Positions 10,957-20,600 of a DNA stretch of 64,000 nt are shown one piece after another; within the stretch, counting starts at the first letter, position 1, and the number at the start of each line of letters is the position of its first letter. The notes under the pieces are model-generated. The model saw only the letters and a list, made by a program, of their open reading frames with translations, was not told the DNA's origin and searched no databases. Made by a program: the position numbers and the translations under genes. The DNA is taken from contig AP024665.1 of assembly GCA_024346625.1 (NCBI GenBank), positions 558,001 to 622,000 on the forward strand, given 5' to 3'. The stretch comes from Williopsis jadinii (taxonomy: Eukaryota).

Positions 10957-11039
10957 TAACTTCCTCCTATGAGATTGTATTTATTTCTATTCTCCTATTT
11001 ATTACTCCATCTCACTCTATTTATTGATATCATATACTA

Positions 11040-11195
11040 TTAAGACCTCTGTGCGTAGGGAGAACACCAGCCAATGGCTCATTGTTAGCCTTCTTAAAAC
11101 CCTTTGCATTTCCAGACCCATAGTCTCTCCAAGAAAACTGACCTCTGGTTGGACGTGGTGCAACGCGGATGTCCCGTGGGTCTGAGTGGACATTT
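11040..11195. ncRNA. Candidate structured ncRNA (two hairpins, terminal ACA); unidentified
   Basis: Pairings TTAAGA 11040-45/TCTTAA 11092-97 (with inner stems) and CAGACCCA 11113-20/TGGGTCTG 11177-84, then ACA-TTT at 11190. No clear ANANNA H box. Confidence 0.2.
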
Positions 11196-11442
11196 AACTT
11201 AAAAAAAAGGCCTAGTCCATTCCACCCGTTTTGGGAAGAAAAGTCCAGCGGATGAAAGCTCAAAACACAGCTGTCGAACGATGTGAAAATTTAGGCCGTG
11301 CATTCACGGAGGTTGAAAAGTTGTCCTAGAAGTCTCTCTCATGAAACGAAGGCCTAAAAACCTGCACACAGCCTTTTCCAACGAATTTACAAACAAGGAG
11401 TTTGTCCAGTAATAAAAGGCAAAGAGAGCGTTACAGATTGAG

Positions 11443-12165
11443 ATGGATGAGCTGTTGCTGAACTCGTTCGAAGAACTCGTTCCGAGTAGACCAGTGGAGC
11501 ATTTGGGAGAGGCCGATCTTACGTTCGATGGACGGTTATCAGAGCCTTTGAAGATCTGGGAAGATGGTGGTGCTGTTGGCTGTGGTGGTAAGATCTGGAT
11601 AGCTGGCGAGCTGCTATCCAGGTATCTACTGGATAAGAAGATCTGCCAGCGTGGGAAGATTATCGAGGTTGGCAGTGGGACTGGACTAGTCGGTCTGTGT
11701 CTTGGTCTATCATTACGCAAGAGGACAGATGCTGAGATTTGGATCACCGATATTGAGGACCTTGTACCGTTGATGCAGAAGAACATTGAGCTGAACGAGT
11801 TGGAAGACGTGGTACATAGTGCAACTTTGGCATGGGGTGAGCCACTCCCAAGCTATGCGAAGGACGGTGTCGATGTTATCTTAGCAGCTGATTGTGTATA
11901 CCTAGAAAAGGCGTTCCCTCTGTTGGAGAAGACCTTGTTGGACATGACCAACAAGGATACGCTGGTGTTGATGAGCTACAGAAAGAGAAGAAAAGCCGAT
12001 TCCAAATTCTTCAGAAAGATCAGGAAGAACTTTGACATTGTACCAATAACCGATTTCGAAGATTACAATCACTACTTGAAACAAAGAACCCATCTGTTCC
12101 AACTAGTGAGACGTACTGCACCTCAGAAGGCCTCTGAAGAGGCTAAGGACCATCTAGACCAGTGA
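11443..12165 (+). CDS. EFM6: eEF1A lysine methyltransferase (METTL21/methyltransferase-16 family)
   Basis: EDGG..GCGGKIWIAGELL, IEVGSGTGLVG (motif I) and ILAADCVY (DxxY). Close to FAP1, as YNL023C/YNL024C are in S. cerevisiae. Confidence 0.9.
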   Translation: MDELLLNSFEELVPSRPVEHLGEADLTFDGRLSEPLKIWEDGGAVGCGGKIWIAGELLSRYLLDKKICQRGKIIEVGSGTGLVGLCLGLSLRKRTDAEIWITDIEDLVPLMQKNIELNELEDVVHSATLAWGEPLPSYAKDGVDVILAADCVYLEKAFPLLEKTLLDMTNKDTLVLMSYRKRRKADSKFFRKIRKNFDIVPITDFEDYNHYLKQRTHLFQLVRRTAPQKASEEAKDHLDQ

Positions 12166-12244
12166 ACTACAGCTTGTAAATATACGATTATAAACAATGT
12201 ATTCTTTGCTTCTCTATGTACAAAAGAAATAACACAAGATCCGG

Positions 12245-12943
12245 TTAGATCGCGTTGTCCTGTTTCTTACTAGCCTCTGCGATTCTGGAGAGTTCTTCAG
12301 CTTCAACTCTCCATTTATCAATGACAACCTGTTCTCTTTCAACACCGTATTCCAAAGGACCAGCGTTGAACACTGAACCAAACATTTCGTTCTCTTCTCT
12401 GCTCACTTGATCTTGTATCTCCTCTTGGATTCTCAATCTGTAAAACTCAAATCTTGCCTGGTCATATGCGTCTGCAAGAGTTTTAGACTCATTCTTAACG
12501 AGGTAGAGGGTTCTCTGTACAACTGATTCACCATCCAATGGCTTATTTAGCTGTTTTATCGAGGACCAGTCCTGGGACTTGATATCGTCACCTGTGTTTT
12601 CCAAGACAATTTTTGGTCTTGCGAGCTCCCATGGGTGTTGTTCAAAGAACAAACTTCTCAACTCGTCCTCGACATAACGAAGTTTATTTGGTTTATAAGG
12701 GCTCTTGCCCGGCTTTTGAGATTGTCTTGTCTTGTACAATGGTGCATTCTTCGACGCATACTGCGTCTTGTTCAAAGAAATCGACTGTTCATTGACTTGC
12801 TCCTTCACCTCGTGGAGAAAGTTCTTGTTTGGTGGATACTTTCCCAACGCATCGAACCACAAAGGCTTCTTGGTAAGAACTCCCGCTTGAAGATAGTGTG
12901 ATGTTCTCTCTAACACATTCACGGCTTTGGTTTGTAACTTCAT
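12245..12943 (-). CDS. RSM25: Mitochondrial small-subunit ribosomal protein mS23
   Basis: Likely start MKLQTKAVNVLERTS at ATG 12943. Motifs LFFEQHPWELARPK, KPLDGESVVQRT and AYDQARFEFYRLR. Confidence 0.93.
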   Translation of the reverse strand: MKLQTKAVNVLERTSHYLQAGVLTKKPLWFDALGKYPPNKNFLHEVKEQVNEQSISLNKTQYASKNAPLYKTRQSQKPGKSPYKPNKLRYVEDELRSLFFEQHPWELARPKIVLENTGDDIKSQDWSSIKQLNKPLDGESVVQRTLYLVKNESKTLADAYDQARFEFYRLRIQEEIQDQVSREENEMFGSVFNAGPLEYGVEREQVVIDKWRVEAEELSRIAEASKKQDNAI

Positions 12944-13170
12944 TGTACCTAATTCACCAGCGCTATACCGCCCCTCTGTGTTGTTTTGATTATGGGAAAG
13001 TGCTCGGAAGCGTTGAAAAGTGTTGAAAAAAAAAACCTGCTGAGAATCATTGATGATTACGTAATACACCTGGACACCAGCCAATGAGTATATGAATCTA
13101 CTTCAACGTACTTTACCTTGTTCTCTCATCCTTTCTTGGGTAAACAAACCGCCGCTTGGAGGACTTCTGG

Positions 13171-14514
13171 ATGACACTTGGTGGGTTTGTTCTACAGTGG
13201 CTATCACAGCCGGTGCGCTATAAGAGCTTCAAGGATCTTTTAAAGAAGCACAACGCTGAGGTACCGAAATTTGTCAACTCACAACCGATCAACAGGCAAC
13301 ATGAGTCTGTACGGAAGTTGCGGTTGATGGTCCCAAGAAAACACTGTGTGGCCCATATATACTATCCGTTCTTAAGAGAGCTCTATCCGCTGGATGGTGT
13401 GATTAGACACAACACCTTATACGGTGCCTACTCGAAACTACCCACACCACAACCTCTTTACGTCCAGCCCCACCATTGGGAACGATTGATGAGTTCGTTT
13501 ACCAGTGCTCAAGGTGTGAATCGTTCACAAATTGGTGATCTATTCCAAAGAATCGTGAACGGAATGAATAAGTGTGACTTGGAGCTCAGCACTAAGGAGC
13601 TCAACTCCTTGATCTTTTTAACGAATTACGATGAGCATGGTTTGACGAAGTTACGAAAGAGATGGGCATCGTTCAAAGATAAAGAGCTGGATATATCGAC
13701 GACGAATATCTTTCTAAGGTATGCATCTTCACACTGTGATTATGACTTTTGCAAGGAGATCTTGGACAGAATCTCTGGTGATGGAGTTAAAATGGATAGA
13801 ATGTCCTATGACATTGTCCTAGGAATATTGGGCAAAACTGGATTATTGAACGATACTACGTCTCTATTAAAGGAGGCGCTATCAAAAGGGATGGTGTTTG
13901 ATATCTCCATGATGAACACCGTTGTCAGTGTACTGGTATCTAATGAAAGATTGGACGATGCAGAACGCATAGTTGAGATATTGATGCAGAGAGCATCGTT
14001 AACGACACCTCAGTACGATCAGCATAAAAGAAGATGGTATACCCATCAAGTTCAATATTTGGACTCTCTTCATTTACAAAAGATGGATGCACCTCTTTAC
14101 ATTCCTTCACCTACTGTCGAGACTTTTAGTCCGTTGTTGAGATACTATGCCTCCATAAGACATCTGACACCTACAAAAGTTGTTCAATATCTCCAATTCA
14201 TGGATACATGTGGCTGTTCGATCCCTTTGAACCTATCCAAGGACATTGTTACTTCACTGGCCAACCACTTGACAGTGTTAGCACCAGATGACCTTAGACG
14301 GATATTGGAACTGATTCAAAGGAAAACCTCGACATTTGATAACGCATTAATGACATCTATGCTTTCTTTGATCCAGCATCCAATGTTTGACTCTAAAACA
14401 GTACAGGATTTAGAGACGAATTGGAAATTGGCAATGAGCCATTCAGTAAAACCAAACGTTGATGTTGAGCTTCTAACGCAGCATAGTGTTAGAAGAATGA
14501 CAGGTGCTTTGTAG
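13171..14514 (+). CDS. Probable mitochondrial pentatricopeptide-repeat (PPR-like) protein
   Basis: About three consecutive ~35-aa helical repeats (DISTTNIFL.., DRMSYDIVL.., DISMMNTVV..) plus a later PTVETFSPLL repeat. First ATG at 13171; orthology not assigned. Confidence 0.6.
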   Translation: MTLGGFVLQWLSQPVRYKSFKDLLKKHNAEVPKFVNSQPINRQHESVRKLRLMVPRKHCVAHIYYPFLRELYPLDGVIRHNTLYGAYSKLPTPQPLYVQPHHWERLMSSFTSAQGVNRSQIGDLFQRIVNGMNKCDLELSTKELNSLIFLTNYDEHGLTKLRKRWASFKDKELDISTTNIFLRYASSHCDYDFCKEILDRISGDGVKMDRMSYDIVLGILGKTGLLNDTTSLLKEALSKGMVFDISMMNTVVSVLVSNERLDDAERIVEILMQRASLTTPQYDQHKRRWYTHQVQYLDSLHLQKMDAPLYIPSPTVETFSPLLRYYASIRHLTPTKVVQYLQFMDTCGCSIPLNLSKDIVTSLANHLTVLAPDDLRRILELIQRKTSTFDNALMTSMLSLIQHPMFDSKTVQDLETNWKLAMSHSVKPNVDVELLTQHSVRRMTGAL

Positions 14515-14638
14515 ATATTTATTATTCAACACCTTTTGGTTGGGATTTATATATATACCCCATATTCAAGAGCAAGTTATTTATTATTCGTCCCTTGTAA
14601 GTGTTGTTATGGTTTGATTCATGAGAAGCCGATGATGA

Positions 14639-15195
14639 TACACCCAGCACATATCTTCGAGATTCATCTTCGAACAACAGATTAAGCCTTCACATACGGT
14701 GAAAGGAAAGAGAATAGATCTCCAATTAAATTGTCCAAAGCGTCTTCTACATAAGCATTTGAGGATGCTCTTGGAAATGGGGATTGTCTCTTTCAGTGGG
14801 ATGGTTCAGCAAGATTGCATAGAATTCAACCCTAGCACAGGGTTCCTGAGGATGACATTGGGGAACTGTAATGAGTCTGGCAGAACTGTGGACGTTAAGA
14901 TACATCGACAGTTGGATGTAATCCATGGATATACCATACTGGACGTTGATATATATGTGAATCAGATATTCTGGCAAAGGAAGTTCTGGGAGAGGAATGC
15001 ATGGGAGACCATTTAACCGAGATGTACCCCGATTTCTACAAGCACTGTCCAAATATGGCTTATTTCCTACACATGAGCCCTCAGTACCAATCAGCCTACA
15101 GTACAAGCACAGACAGACTAGCAACAGCAACAGAAACAGCAACAGACAGAGGACCTCAGAGCACCATCTCTCCTTACACCAATTCCAACGCATAG
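14639..15195 (+). pseudogene. Degenerate coding remnant, probable paralog of the Myb/SANT-like gene at 15642
   Basis: The frame is open 14639-15016 without a leading ATG, with overlapping short ORFs in other frames. IEFNPSTGFL resembles ITVDPHTGLL of the downstream ORF. Confidence 0.35.
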
Positions 15196-15641
15196 AACCT
15201 TTCACCAGTATCGCACCCTGTCAACACATACAGCCCACAGCTGTACATGCACTGTGGGAAGAGGCCCTTGACAGTTGAAGCAATGGCACCGCATCAAGAG
15301 GCCTCATAGATCAGCACAACAGTGTCAGCCTTGCACAGGACATTGAAGCTGTCAACTTCTGCTAGGATTACAGCATATTTGAACATGTGTTGATGGAGTT
15401 GAAGATGGGACTGCTACTGATGTCCTAGCGATGTCTATATATGATTTCTGCTCGTTGCTGTGGCAACAACAAAGATAACTTTTCTACTTTTGTGTTTTTT
15501 TTGTTGTAACCAACACACATATGCTGGCACATACTGTTTGTATATAAGTAGGCACTGTCTGAAGTCCCTGTGGATAGCATTGGACAGATCTTATGGAACT
15601 GTGACTTGGGTTGGTGTGCTCCTTAAACAGTGATACTTGGA

Positions 15642-16349
15642 ATGATGGCGAATGTTAGATGCACTGGTGCGGAGTTGGAGCCTGAAGCAGACGTGCCAGC
15701 TGGGAAGACCAGGCTGTATTCGAACTTCAACGTCAAATGGAGCATCCGGCTGAATTTATACCATGTGAAGTGCCTGGTGAAGCTGATGAGGTTGCGTAAC
15801 TCGTGCAGGATTATTACTAGTGACCATACTGTGATTGAGAGAAAACTGAGGAAGAGATACCCAGACGTCCGTCTTACTGCTGTGAGTGTTCGGGAGAATT
15901 GGGCAGTCTTGAAACGTCAGGTATCGGTGTTGGTTGCAATGAAATTGGCTTATGGAATCACTGTGGACCCACATACTGGACTGCTGAACTGTACGGATGA
16001 ACAGTGGCGAATTGTCAGGGGAAAATTCTATACTTTTAGCTCAGACAGGAAGAGATACAGAAACTTTATGGATATCCAGGAATTGCAGTGGGCAATGGTG
16101 GAGATGCCAAACTTCCGACTGGACACCACTTTTTTCCGTGACCAGAAGCTTGTCCTGACAATAGAGAGTATGCTAAATGGGACTGAGGTGAATGGCGTGG
16201 AGCTCTGTAAACAGCGATTACGGCTCAGGAATGTCTACATAGCGATGCCTTTGGTTCGTCCAGAGATATTACCTGAATTGGAAAGTAATGAGTCGAATCA
16301 AATTGTACTGTACAAGCCTAAGAAACAGGAGAGAAAAACCAAGAGGTGA
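15642..16349 (+). CDS. Orphan protein with a Myb/SANT-like (Myb_DNA-bind_3-like) domain, possibly truncated
   Basis: KWS...I...L...YP.V.LT..SV..NW..LK...GITVDPHTGLLNCTDEQW pattern. Aligns without gaps to the domain in the 39004-40299 ORF. First ATG at 15642. Confidence 0.55.
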   Translation: MMANVRCTGAELEPEADVPAGKTRLYSNFNVKWSIRLNLYHVKCLVKLMRLRNSCRIITSDHTVIERKLRKRYPDVRLTAVSVRENWAVLKRQVSVLVAMKLAYGITVDPHTGLLNCTDEQWRIVRGKFYTFSSDRKRYRNFMDIQELQWAMVEMPNFRLDTTFFRDQKLVLTIESMLNGTEVNGVELCKQRLRLRNVYIAMPLVRPEILPELESNESNQIVLYKPKKQERKTKR

Positions 16350-16914
16350 AACAAGACCTTAACGCTATCTTTAACGAGAGAAAGGGGAGCTGGATCCACG
16401 ATTTCTCAAGATGATGAGAAGGTGAAAGAAAAGCCCACTGCTACTTCAAAGAGTAATCTTAAGACCATGACCAGTTCGTATGAAACATTTGACAAAGAGA
16501 CGAACCAGAGTTTCTTCGAGAGCAGTAATACGACATGAGGAACTTGACATTGTATTGAAAATGGTTTAAAACTTATATTCTACTGGTGATGACACAAGTG
16601 ATGAACATAGAATCGAAACAATCGTTATATCAAGTAAAACACTGACAAATGGGTAGAATGGAAATGACATACATGATGACAGTAACAAGCATCACCAAGA
16701 TCATCAGAAGAACTACGAGAAGTATAAACCAGTCGTTGATACCCTCACCGTAATGTCCAAGCGAGGCTCATCGGACATTTTGGCCTCTCTGGACTGCTGT
16801 CAAGACCTTCCTACGCGCAACTTCACTCAAGATCAGAATTCATATCAGCATATGACTCATAACGTAATCTCAGTAGTTATCCGGAAACATTCGCCACCCA
16901 AATATGACCAATAG
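16350..16914 (+). pseudogene. Stop-interrupted coding-like tail downstream of the Myb/SANT-like ORF
   Basis: The same frame stays open for 62 more codons after TGA 16347-49 (to TGA 16536-38). A second frame is open 16570-16653 and 16657-16914, separated by a single TAG. Confidence 0.35.
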
Positions 16915-17089
16915 TCGTGCAATAAATGATGAATTCATTGATAATTCACCACAGTGTTATGTGTTCTGGTTGGTGACACACAGCCATAGCTCGTGAACAA
17001 GTTTTTGCGTTGTGATCAAAAGTGAATTTCAGTGCGTTGCTTCCATTTCGAATAAACAGATCAAAAGCATAAATCTACACGAAATATCA

Positions 17090-17418
17090 ATGGTTAGTTA
17101 CAATTCTCCTTCTGGGCCAGCTATCTGATAACAATCTAACACATATAGTTTAGTCTGCTCTTTTCAACTTCACATCGCTACTTCAAGTGATACTTCTTCT
17201 CATATGTTCGTGTACTTATATACATCTCAATTGGCCAAGTCTGCTTGATAGAAACCATCATGGGTAAGTGCTCTCGTTTTATCTGGTTACTTATGGCTCG
17301 CTAACTCAATATCAGTGTACTAGGTGTATTTTGGAAGTTTGCAAAGGTTGGTGAACGTGCAAGTCCATATGTCTCCCTCGCGTTGGTGTTCATGGCTGTT
17401 GAACAACTTAGATCTTGA
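17090..17418 (+). CDS. KSH1: Kish/TMEM167 small secretory-pathway membrane protein (71 aa); exons 17090-17092, 17154-17263, 17316-17418
   Basis: Not in the ORF track. Spliced product [71 protein letters not shown]. Introns GTTAGT..TCTAAC..TAG and GTAAGT..GCTAAC..CAG. Confidence 0.93.
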
Positions 17419-17632
17419 ACCCTATGTTTTTAGCGCGTTACTTCTATTCATGGAGCTACAAGCTGATTTTAATAATACATAGTTCAACGATATGTGTAAA
17501 CTTTTTCTGTTTAATTGATATCATTTAAATACCTTTCGTTGAGCTTCTTCAATACACCATACTGAGCACACAGAAAACCCAAAATGCAAATAAAACCCAA
17601 GTATATACAGAACTGATAATTGAACGAACTCA

Positions 17633-20600
17633 TCATGTTGCAATGGATTCACACAAATCTTCGAATAGCGTTGGTTTCAAGACAAGATCTGATTCGTTAA
17701 CAGCTGTTTGTTTAACAAGTTTGAAAGAGCCGGTACCGATAGACATTGTTTGGCCCAAGATGATACATTCAGAGACACCTTCGACCTTATCCGTCTTCAT
17801 GTAGAAAGAGGCATCGAATAAATGATCTGTGGTCTTTTCAAAGGATGCCAGTTGTAAAACAGAATCTCTCATCTTACTCAGACCAAATCTTGTGATACCT
17901 AGAACTTCTCCCTTGTAGGACATGACATCACCAAGTAATTGAATGTGACGTGGATCGACACTCATACCGTGCTTAGACATGGTGTAATCAATCTCACCGA
18001 TAATGGACGCACGTGCAGCCTCGATTCCGAGTACTGAAACAACTTCCAGAACATGGTTAGTTCTGGTCTTCGAACCGATGACACCATCGGTACACATAAC
18101 GTCACGAAGACCATAACCTTCAACCAATAACTCTTTCTTTCCATCATCACGGATATTTATCACGGCTCTGGAAATATCAGAGAGACCCTTGACAACAACG
18201 TTCGGAAGAACACGACGTAAGTGCTGCATTCTAAAGAACAGCTCATTTTCGTGGGGTTCTTTCAATGATGTCGATACAGATTTCAGTTTTGATTCACCCG
18301 TGTAAACGTTTATGTTGATCTTGTTTCTGCTTACAACAGATACATCACCAGCAGCAATCTTCAACTTTGGTGCTCTGCTAATCGCAACAGCAATATCGTC
18401 GATCGTTAATTCCAATTGGAGTCTCTCAATGGTCTTTAAGTCGATCTTAACTTGTATAAAAGATAAATCGTCCTTATAGACATCCTGGATGTAATATGCG
18501 ACATCTGATAGCAATGTTTTTTCTATTCTTCCCTTAACAACTCTGGCAGCTCTTTCATCCTCGTCATTAACCAGTACTGCATTAATGATAGGAGTAGAAA
18601 TGACCTTTGATGCATTGATAATCTCTTTAATACGAGGAACACCCAACGTAACATTCATGGAAGCAACACCAGCAAAATGGAAAGTCTTCAAAGTCATTTG
18701 TGTACCTGGTTCACCAATTGATTGGGCACCAATGGCACCCACAGCAGTACCAGGTTCAACCTTAGCACGACTATACTTCAGGATGGCAATCTCCAAGAAT
18801 TTTCTCACACATGTGTTACTGATCTTAGCCAGCTGATTCACAGCTGACAAAGCAGCATTGGATGCTCTTTCATCAAGATCCATAAGGGCAAGTTCATCCG
18901 CAGGTTTGTCTAAAAGTCCTTGCAATCCTTTGCGCTCTCTAACTGCAGCCATGAATGAAGCCTTCTTCTTGATGAAATCACGAATAGATTGATAAAAGTC
19001 TCTTTCAGCGTCATGTTGATCAACGTATTCAATTTTGTCTGCATTTTTCCCTGTTACAAGGTTTCCCACGTTGTCATATCTCAAAAGCTTTGCCTCTAAT
19101 GGTTTCAGTACTGTCTCAGTTACCTCAATAACCTGGTATGGTAACAATGAACTGTCTTCGTTACTGAAAGTGATATTGTAGGAATGGTCCCAAGTTCTGT
19201 TGAAGTTAACAGGTTTTGCATCACCCTCCATGTCGAACGGATCGAGACCGTCACCACCATATGTGAATTGCACAATACCATTACTCGAAGTTCTCACAGT
19301 ATTATCGTACTGACAACTCAAGTCTTCTAAAGATTTCATCAATCTTCTCGACATATAACCGGTTTCGGCAGTTTTGACCGCAGTATCCACCAAACCTTCA
19401 CGACCAGAAATAGCATGGAAAAGAAATTCTGGTGGATTCAGACCTGAGTAGAAAGAGTTTCTAACAAAACCCTTGGATTGCGGAGTCTTGGAATTCTTTG
19501 GAAAGTGAGGTAAAGAACGATCTTGGAAACCATCAGGAACACGATTACCAGAGATAATTTGTTGACCGACAACAGCAACCATCTGAGAAACGTTCAACGT
19601 CGAACCCTTAGAACCACATGTGGCCATGATCAGAGGAGCGTTGGAGCTGTCAAGTTCGTTGATACACACTTCACCAACTTCTTCTCTCACCTTAGATAGA
19701 AGACCACCAATTTTGGCTTCTAGGGTCTGCTCTTCGTTACAACCTGGTTGGGTTTCCAGCTTACCTTTGTTGTATAACTGAATTAACTCATCACACTTGG
19801 CGTAAGCAGTTTCAACCATTTCTTCCTTTGTGTTTTTCAAATCATGTCCTGGTGTAACATCATTGATTCCAATGGAGAAACCTCTATTACCCAAGTATCT
19901 GGCGCACAACTTGGCCATTCTATTCATAGCTGCTGCTGCTTCTTTTGGACCATAATCTCTCAGAATAGTGTAGAACACAGAGTGCTTCTTACCGTCACCT
20001 AAAGTGGATTTATCCATGACACCACTCAGGATATTGGACCCTCTGATAACGACAAACCCGTCATTTGGAGACATCTCATTTGGAAATCCTTTCTTTGGGG
20101 GTACAAATGTCTTGTTCTTAGCATCCAAATTGATAACAACTGGTGATGTTTTGTTTGGTTTGATCAACAGACTGAAAACTTGTTTACCTGTCCATAAAAA
20201 GTGGGGCTTTTGGATTGCAGGTGGTGGGATATCAAATTGTAATCCAGCATCAGACATCATTGAAAGCAGCTGTACGAGAGTAGCTCTGTCAAAGAAAGAA
20301 TCCTTATGGGAGATCAAATAAGAGCCGGTGATGAAATCTTGTGTAGCAGCAATAATAGGTTCACCGGATTTTGGAGTCAGCAGGTTGTTCTTTACTCCCA
20401 TCAAGTTGATTGCCTCTGCTCTTGCCTCTTCCGTCTGAGGAACGTGTAAATTCATTTCATCACCATCGAAATCGGCATTATATGGTGTACAGACACACTC
20501 ATTCAATCTGAATGTTCTCCATGGTCTGATCTTAGCATAATGCGATAGAATAGACAATCTATGCAATGACGGCTGTCTGTTAAACAAGACGATATCACCG

